Shown here: positions 55,758 to 64,000 of the stretch, piece after piece
Numbering within the stretch: the stretch's first letter is position 1
How the letters are laid out: every line of letters begins with the position of its first letter
Assembly: GCA_951406725.2 (NCBI GenBank)
Contig: OX597815.1
Location: 193,378,001 to 193,442,000 of the forward strand
Reading direction: 5' to 3'
Length of the DNA stretch: 64,000 nucleotides
From: Octopus vulgaris
Lineage: Eukaryota
The notes under the pieces: generated by a model
Databases searched by the model: none
What the model saw: only the letters and a program-made list of their open reading frames with translations
Told to the model about the DNA's origin: nothing
Made by a program: the position numbers and the translations under genes

Positions 55758-56212
55758 ATAACACAGAAACTGAGGAACCGAGCGATGATCCACCAGGATA
55801 CTATGAAAACTATGGATACTTATCGGATTGTGAGATTCCTACATCTGAACATCCCGTACATCCTGGAAATCCACCACTACCAGCATACCAATCACAACCA
55901 TCACAATCCAGATACCAGTCACAAGCCCCACCACCCGCATACCAGTCACAACCCCCATCACCCGAATGCCAGTCACAAGCCTCACCACCCGAATACCAGT
56001 CACAACCCTCACCACCCGAATACTCGTCACAACCCACACCACCCGAATACTCGTCACAACCTACACCACCCGAATACTCGTCACAACACACACCACCCGA
56101 ATACTCGTCACAACCACCACCTGATTACTATTCACTTTATCCAGAACTACAACAACCACAACAACGACCGACTATACAAGAACTACTACAATCACGACAA
56201 GACACTAATTAT
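55758..56212 (+). CDS. Dispanin paralogue 3, Pro/Tyr-rich exon with 9-aa (27-nt) repeats; downstream CD225 exons not found in window
   Basis: tttttacag acceptor, GTAAGT donor. Open frame NTETEEPSDDPPGYYENYGY...(YQSQPSPPE)n...QDTNY; phase 1 in, phase 0 out as in copies 1 and 2. Confidence 0.8.
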
Positions 56213-56359
56213 GTAAGTAAACAGCTTTTCTCTTTCTACAACCATTTATCCTAAACAGAGATCTTATGTTTAGCAAGTTTTAGTCATCAAAATGTGACTG
56301 TACTTAGAAATCATCTGTAAGAGTTTTTAGTCAGTCAAATAATTATATGGAGCACAATA

Positions 56360-56960
56360 GGGCGGCGAGCTGGCAGAATCGTTAGCACGCCGGGAGAAAT
56401 GCGTAGCCGTATTTCGTCTGCCGCTACGTTTTGAGTTCAAATTCTGCCGAGGTCAGCTTTGCCTTTCATCCTTTCGGGGTGGATAAATTAAGTGCCAGTT
56501 ACGCAGTGGGGTCGATGTAATCGACTTAATCTGTTTGTCTGTCCTTGTTTATCCCCTTTGTGTTTAGCCCCTTGTGAGTAGTAGAGAAATAGGTATTTCG
56601 TCTGCTGCTATGTTCTGAGTTCAAATTCCGCCGTGGTCGACTTTTCCTTTCATCCTTTCGGGGTTGATAAATTAAGTAACAGTTTCGAACTGGGGGTTGA
56701 TGTAATCGAATTAATCCGTTTGTCTGTCCTTTTCTATCCCCTCTGTGCTTAGCCCCTTGTGGGTAGTAAAGAAACAGGTATTTCGTCTTCTGTTATGTTC
56801 TGAGTTCAAATTCCGCCGAGGTCGACTTTGCCTTTCATCCTTTCGGGGTCGATGAATTAAGTAAGAGTTAGGAACTGGGGTCGGTATAATCGACTTAATC
56901 CGTTTGTCTGTCCTTGTATGTCCCCTCTGTGTGTAGCCCCTTGTGGGTAGTAAATAAATA
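56360..56960 (+). mobile_element. SINE family B trimer (one head, three bodies) with a single TSD
   Basis: tatatggagcaca flanks both ends; empty site at 7011 and 27059. Confidence 0.85.
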
Positions 56961-57371
56961 TATATGGAGCACAGTATATGTTTTAGCTTGGTATCTATTT
57001 TATCAATCTTTATCGAAAGGCCGAGTGGTTGTACAGAAGTACATTGGTAGCAGTAGCAATCGGAGTATGTGACATGGAAGATACACACACACGAATATAT
57101 ACGTGTGTGTGTGTATGTGTGCACGCATGTATGCTTGTTTGTGTCTATGTGTACGTGTGTGTATGTGTGTGTGTGTCTGTATGCATGTGTGTGAAGGAAT
57201 GATTAGTTCTCTCAAATTTTCCATCAACTGAATTAAACTCACAAGCTAATTCTCAACTTAGAACTATGGTAGAGCATAGATTTCTATTGTTCTAGGTGCT
57301 GGGCAATGGCATCAAACCCGGAGCCTTCTGGTTCTGAAGTTTCTTTATCATAAAGTGATGAGTGCTCCTGC

Positions 57372-58607
57372 AAATACCAGTCACAACCCACACCACCCAA
57401 ATACCAGTCACAACCCTCACCACCCGAATACCAGTCACAACCCCCACCACCCGAATACCAGCCACAACCCCCACCATCCGAATACCAGTCACAACCCCCA
57501 CCACCCGAATACCAGTCACAACCCCCACCACCCGAATACCAGTTACAAAACCCCACCACCCGAATACCAGTCACAACCCCCACCACCCGGATACCAGTCA
57601 CAACCTCCACCACCCAAATACCAGTCGCAACCCCCACCACCCGAATACCAGTCACAACCCCCACCACCCGAATACCAGTTACAAAACCCCCACCACCCGA
57701 ATACCAGTCACAACCCCCACCACCCGAATACCAGCCACAACCCCCACCATCCGAATACCAGTCACAACCCCCACCACCCGAATACCAGTCACAACCCCCA
57801 CCACCCGGATACCAGTCACAACCTCCACCACCCAAATACCAGTCGCAACCCCCACCACCCGAATACCAGTCACAACCCCCACCACCCGAATACCAGTTAC
57901 AAAACCCCACCACCCGAATACCAGTCACAACCCCCACCACCCGAATACCAGTCACAACCCCCACCACCCGAATACCAGTCACAACCCCCACCACCCGAAT
58001 ACCAGTCACAACCCCCACCACCCGAATACCAGTTACAAAACCCCACCACCCGAATACCAGTCACAACCCCCACCACCCGGATACCAGTCACAACCCCCAC
58101 CACCCAAATACCAGTCGCAACCCCCACCACCCAAATACCAGTCGCAACCCCCACCACCCGAATACCTATTTCTTTACTACCCACAAGGGGCTAAACACAG
58201 AGGGGACAAACAAGGACAGACAAACAGATTAAGTCGATTACATCGACCCCAGTGCGTAACTGGTACTTAATTTATCGACCCCGAAAGGATGAAAGGAAAA
58301 GTCGTCCTCGGCGGATTTTGAACTCAGAACGTAACGGCAGACGAAATACGGCTACACATTTCGCCCGGCGTGCTAATGTTTGTGCCAGCTCGCCGCCTTG
58401 TATACCACCCGAATACCAGTCACAACCCCCACCACCCGAATATCAGTCGCAACCCCCACCACCCGAATACCAGTCACAACCCACACCACCCGAATACCAG
58501 TCACAACCCCCACCACCTGAATACCAGTCACAACCCCCACCACCCGAATACCAGTCACAACCCCCACCACACGAATACCAGTCACAACGACCACCACCAG
58601 AATACCA
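57372..58607 (+). repeat. Intronic 27-bp minisatellite (gaataccagtcacaacccccaccaccc)n, about 37 units, interrupted by a SINE at 58167-58399
   Basis: The unit equals the coding repeat of exon 55758-56212; some units carry indels that shift the frame. Confidence 0.95.
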
Positions 58608-58999
58608 TGAAAGGCTTAAATTAATCAGTTTTACTTCTCCCATGAAATTAATATAGTTTAGGATTAAGCACGTGACGAAGGAGGGTAGGTTTGGAAAAAA
58701 GTTTGAAATATATGGCAAAACTATGTGCTTGTGATATTCAATTTTGCTGAGTTTAACCGAGCTTAGAAACAATTAAATAAGTTCAATATAAATGGGTTAA
58801 TTCAATCAACTACATTCCTCTGTTCAAAATTTAATCTTGCATCAAAGTCAAACGAAAATAATGTTTTAATAACTGAATCAATACTCAGAATAGTCAGAGC
58901 AGCTATTATAGAATGCTTAAGCTGTTCACCTCGCAATCATAAGATCCCTGTTCTGGGCACAATGTATACAATTTTGAGTAGATATCTTTTACTATAACC

Positions 59000-59220
59000 T
59001 ATTTCTTTACTACCCACAAGGGGCTAAACACAGAAGGGACAAACAAACAGATTAATTCGATTATATCGACCCCAGTGCGCAACTGGTACTTATTTAATCG
59101 ACACCGAAATGATGAAAGGCAAAGTCGACCTCGGCGGAATTTGAACTCAGAACGTAGCGGCAGACGAAATACGGCTACGCATTTCGCCCGGCGTGCTAAC
59201 GTTTCTGCCAGCTCACCGCC
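59000..59220 (-). mobile_element. SINE family B with TSD ttttactataacc
   Basis: Family match and flanking direct repeat. Confidence 0.85.
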
Positions 59221-61239
59221 TTTTACTATAACCGCAGATCGCTACAAATCTAGTGGGTGAAATTGTTTAGACGGAAACTATGTAGAAGTACTTTCGTTTG
59301 AAGTGTAACTGTAATCCAGAGGTTCAAATTTGTCTCATACTGTGTCAAGTTGATTTGGTCTGAAAATTGCATTAAGCATACACGTGTTTCGGTGAAATAT
59401 TCAGCCAGTTACTCATTAATGAATAAGTAGCTCTGTTAACTATACAACTGAATGCTGATTTGAAAACTGGTTAGGGTTCTATCATCACTCAAGTTAAGTC
59501 AGTAATCTTTTAGATATCCCTAAATAGGGAGATAATCTTAATGATAAACCAGATTTCTATTTAGTTTTCTATTTAAGCTATTTGTTTTTGTAATTGTTAA
59601 GATGCTGTTTTAGCCAATCGTGTGTCTGCGAAGACTAGGATTTGAGAACCTTAGTGTTGTGGACAGTGAGAAACACATCCGAACAGAGACAAGAAGAAGA
59701 ACGATTTTTCCCCAAATAATAAGACTAACATAAATTAAAGTTTTATTGCAAATTCATCATTTGGGAGTTTCGAATTTTAATGTGCACAGAGTTTTGTTCA
59801 AAAGATGAGAGATTTCCCACTTTCACAAGAGAATCTCCAATCGCCACATTAAATGTCATAGAGCACTGATCTTCATTATTTGATGTTCTAAATTTAGATT
59901 TTACGGGATCAACTTTGTCATCATTCCAAGGTTGACAAATTAAGTTCCTGTCACATAATCAGCCTGATATATTTCTTCCTATGTCTGTTTGCAGAGTTGT
60001 ACCAATGAGAGAAATTATTATTTACAAAAAATTTCAAATTTAAAAAAGTTCTCATTTTAATTTAAATTTATACATTTTTTTAATATTCAAAACAACATTT
60101 AATTATATTAAACATTTCAATTCAAATAAAACTTGTTTAAAATGTAATATTGACGACTGGTTTGTCATGCTAGAAACTCCGGTTATTCCTTCAATCGTAT
60201 TCTCGACACACATTTTGAAAGGGTAACACTCAAGCGCATACAATGTCTACAGAAACGATATTAAAGATTTATTGTCAACTTGGGACCATGATGCTTTCGA
60301 GGTGATTGAAACTAGGGGGAGGAAGAGAACAAATGGCAAACAGACAAGAGAACTAACCGGAATGCTTACAATGCTGCTGAAGGATGGTTTAATCCAAAAG
60401 CAAAGCCGGTTTCCTCTGATGGGAACGCACAGAGCTTCTATTAGATTTTACTCAAGAATTGGTTGGCTCTGAGCTATGGTTAATGACATCTGATCATAAC
60501 GCTGTGAAGTGGGATTAAATCTGAGACCACGTGGTTGAGATGGAAGCTATTGAACCACGTGGCCATGCCTGCGCTTTATCACATTGAGCAAATTATCAGA
60601 CAACACTGAATGGATGATACGGCAACTGTTCATGTTACACTTGATATAATTATAGCCCTTTGTACTTAAATAAAGAGAACCCAATATTCTATTTATTCAG
60701 TTGAACCACAGAAATAGAGACTGCAGGTGGAACCCTTTCGCCGGCGAAGGCTGATTCAGTCCTCGCTGCCCCACTCAGTGAAGCATACAAGATTAGAAGG
60801 GAAATGTCCGTGGCCCTGAGACACCTGATGATATTACAGAAGGATTTCCAATATTGCAATAGTTTCAGATATTACAATACTTCCTACAGTTTCTGCATAG
60901 GAAAAACATTTATGGTGTTAATTCTACATATATTCAGTTGTATTATCGAGTCATGTTGAATAAATATATATTCTTGTAAAATAAGGATCGTTGTTGTTGT
61001 TCCCCTTTTATTGACCAATCATATAATCAAAGGACATAGTTATAATCATCCAGTCTTTTTATAAGGCATTCTATCAGTACATTATCCTATGTCTTATTTC
61101 TCCAAAAGAATATAGAATTTTATCTAAGGAAGACGTAGTTATTGTCACTAAGAAAAATACCATATACAGGCTTATTCTTTGGTTTGCTTTTAGTTTATTA
61201 TTATTTTCCTCTTATCATATATTATTATTATTATTATTG

Positions 61240-61610
61240 TGGATGCGCAATGACCCAGTGGTTAGGGCAGCGGACTCGCGGTCGTAGGATCGCGGTTTCG
61301 ATTCCCAGACCGGGCATTGTGAGTGTTTATTGAGCGAAAACACCTGAGGCTCCAGCAGGGGATGGTGGCGAGGCATGCTGTACACTTTCACCACAACTTT
61401 CTCTCTCACTCTTACTTCCTGTTTCTGTTGTACCTGTATTTCAAGGGGCCGGCCTTATCACTCTCTGTGTCACGCTGAATATCCCCGAGAACTAAGTTAA
61501 GGGTGCACGTGTCTGTGGAGTGCTCAGCCACTTACACGTTAATTTCACGAGCAGGCGGTTCCGTTGATTCGGATCAACCGGAACCCTCATCGTCGTAACC
61601 GACGGAGTGC
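61240..61610 (+). mobile_element. tRNA-derived SINE family C
   Basis: tRNA-like head ggatgcgcaatgacccagtggttagggcagcggactcgcggtcg...ttcgattccc. Confidence 0.7.
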
Positions 61611-61620
61611 AAAGAAAGAG

Positions 61621-61675
<55 letters not shown>

Positions 61676-61699
61676 CGTTATTATTATTATTATTATTAT

Positions 61700-61884
61700 T
61701 CAGTAGTTTTATTTTTATAGCGTGCTTTCACTTCACTACCGAGTGCAGCTCTGTGTGCCTTAAGTATGTGCTGAAGTTTGTTGGGATGCTCTGATGATTA
61801 CTGTATTGAAAGTGTTTTACGTAGGATGTGTGCAGTGCCCAGTAGTGCAATTTTCTGTATGTTGTATGTGTTTGTAAGTCCCGG

Positions 61885-61887
<3 letters not shown>
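61700..61887 (-). mobile_element. 3' end of an R4/Dong-like non-LTR element within (TAA)n
   Basis: Minus strand PGLTNTYNIQKIALLGTAHILRKTL, typical of the end of RLE-type ORFs; (ATT)n on both sides. Confidence 0.6.
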
Positions 61888-61969
<82 letters not shown>

Positions 61970-62245
61970 TAGTGAGAGAGCAGCGCATACCAACAAAGTG
62001 ACACTGGGGTAAAATATACGTAGCCCAGTATACACATTATGACTACCCATCTGATAAGGGTACACCAGACACCTGCATCACAACCATATGTGCGCGACAT
62101 GGTGATCTCATATCGAGATTAACAGCGCAAGGCTTTGCAGGTGGGGCCCAGTTAGAATTTTCTTCAGGTCGAGTAACCCATCCCTTTGTCTGTCCTTGTT
62201 AGTCTCCTCTGTGTGTAGCCCCTTGTGGGCAGTAAAGAAATAAGA

Positions 62246-62455
62246 TTATTATTGTTGTTGTTATTATTATTATTATTATTATTATTACAATTATTATTAT
62301 TATTATTATTACTATTATTATTACTATTATTATTATTATTATTATTACTATTATTATTACTATTATTATTATTATTATTACTATTATTATTACTATTATT
62401 ATTATTATTATTATTACTATTATTATTACTATTAATATTATTATTATTATTACTA

Positions 62456-62519
<64 letters not shown>

Positions 62520-62540
62520 TATTATCATTATTATTATTAC

Positions 62541-62579
<39 letters not shown>

Positions 62580-62645
62580 TATTATTATTATTATTATTAT
62601 TACTATTATTATTATTATTATTACTATTATTATTATTATTATTAC

Positions 62646-62696
<51 letters not shown>

Positions 62697-62697
62697 C
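62246..62697 (+). repeat. (ATT)n/(ACT) trinucleotide array
   Basis: Read directly from the sequence. Confidence 0.95.
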
Positions 62698-62949
62698 ATC
62701 ACTTTTAGTCAATGAACTGACGTTGGCATGACAGGCGAAATACTTAGCGTTGTTTCATGCCTCTCTACGTTCTAAGTTCAAATTATGCCGGAGTCGACTT
62801 TATCTTTCATCCGTTCGGGGGCCGATAATATGCGTACCGTTAGTCCTAGGGGTCGATATAGTCGACTATCCCAGTTCTCCAGCTTTCAATTATTGTGCCT
62901 ATAGTAGAAAGTATTATTACTCACTGTCATTACATCGTATTTGTTGTCG

Positions 62950-62958
62950 TCATCATCC

Positions 62959-62999
<41 letters not shown>

Positions 63000-63160
63000 T
63001 TTATCTTCATCCTTTTTCCAATTTATCAGCAGCAGCAGCAGCAGCTGTAGCAGCAGCAGCAGCTGTAGCAGCAGCAGCAGCTGTAGCAGCAGCAGCAGCT
63101 GTAGCAGCAGCAGCAGCTGTAGCAGCAGCAGCATTATCATCAGCATCAGCATCGTCATCA
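62950..63160 (+). repeat. (CAT)n plus (CAG)n(CTGTAG) compound microsatellite
   Basis: Read directly from the sequence. Confidence 0.9.
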
Positions 63161-63451
63161 TGAATGTCCTCATCACCATCCTAAATGATTATGTTATGTT
63201 TTTGGTATCTCACCATTTCAGAGACTACACCTCGAACCAAGACACATTGAAAGTAAAATGAAGGCGGCACTTTTCGTCACAATTTTCTGCTTTTTTCCAA
63301 CCGGCCTTGCTGCTATTTTTTATGCACATAGAGTAAGTACTTTTTATCCAATTGTGGGTGTGTGGTAAGATGTTTGCTTCCCAACTACATAGCTCCGAGT
63401 TCAGTTCTGTTGCATCTTTCGCGAGTGTACACATACACACACACACATACA

Positions 63452-63485
<34 letters not shown>

Positions 63486-63820
63486 AATTTTTGCGTGGGA
63501 ATCTATGGGGATTGGTGTTAGGCGAAGAGAAGTGGTGAATTGCCACATTAAGGAGCAAAGGAATGGAGGGAGAAGATTAATTCTTGTTCACGACGAAGGC
63601 GGGAGCCCAGATGGCTCCTGTGCAGAGAATTCGAACACAGACAGATGTTGCAGAGAATGACCGGTGGAGCGGAGTTGGTGTGAGACCGGAGTGTCATTGC
63701 CAAGTCTTGATGAGACCTTATACCTTGTGTATGTGTGTTCGATACTGTTTATATCCCTTGAGTTGCTTCTAGTTCATATTTGATTATATATATGTGTGTA
63801 TTTTGTGTGTGTGTGCATGT

Positions 63821-64000
63821 ACGAGGGGATACCCGTAAGTAACCGGAAAGGTTCTCTGAGGGTGAAACCATTTGTAGTTCAGGATACCAATGCTAGAAGC
63901 CACTTCATGTGACCCCCCAGACATCAATTTGCCAACTGGCGGCTTTCGGTGGGGGTCGTACTTCCACGTCGTGCTCTTTGTTTTGCAGTGCTTTACCCAT
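63821..64000 (+). mobile_element. Possible mariner-like 5' terminus
   Basis: tacgaggggatacccgtaagtaaccggaa resembles mariner TIRs; no partner end in the window. Confidence 0.35.

Noticed and set aside
55704-56216. His/Asn-rich ORFs (also 6463-6864 and 26514-26912) as His-rich proteins
   Set aside because: Alternative frames of the Pro/Tyr exon; splice phases support only the PPxY frame.
57372-58607. CRISPR-like array or a true coding exon
   Set aside because: No unique spacers and a eukaryotic context; indels break the frame and no suitable in-frame splice sites were found.
56213-64000. CD225 exons of paralogue 3
   Set aside because: No FCC or GNLEG-coding exon found; they lie beyond the window or were lost, which cannot be decided here.

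Overview
AT-rich, microsatellite-dense eukaryotic DNA. The SINE and repeat content suggests a mollusc, most likely an octopus (inference). The window holds a tandem array of three + strand paralogues of a spliced CD225/dispanin (IFITM/PRRT-like) membrane-protein gene, in units starting near 1, 19675 and 40675. The ORF track does not recover these as genes. Copy 1 is complete: join(191-200,5158-5175,6511-6860,8412-8519,10470-10613), 209 aa. Copy 2 is complete: join(19864-19873,26487-26908,28416-28523,30749-30898), 229 aa. For copy 3 I found only exon 1 and the Pro/Tyr-rich exon; its CD225 exons were not found in the window. The copies differ in an 18-nt micro-exon, in the length and unit of PPxY-rich repeats, and in a C-terminal TM exon where every differing codon changes the amino acid. 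Introns and spacers carry decayed RTE, CR1, Tx1-like, R4/Dong-like, Penelope-like, Tc1/mariner and Helitron elements plus many SINEs. They also carry about 10 minimal type I hammerhead-ribozyme motifs, several with unusually long stem II, and two long hairpins abutting (TA)n. Most ORFs in the track are microsatellite artefacts. All assignments were made by eye; no searches were run.
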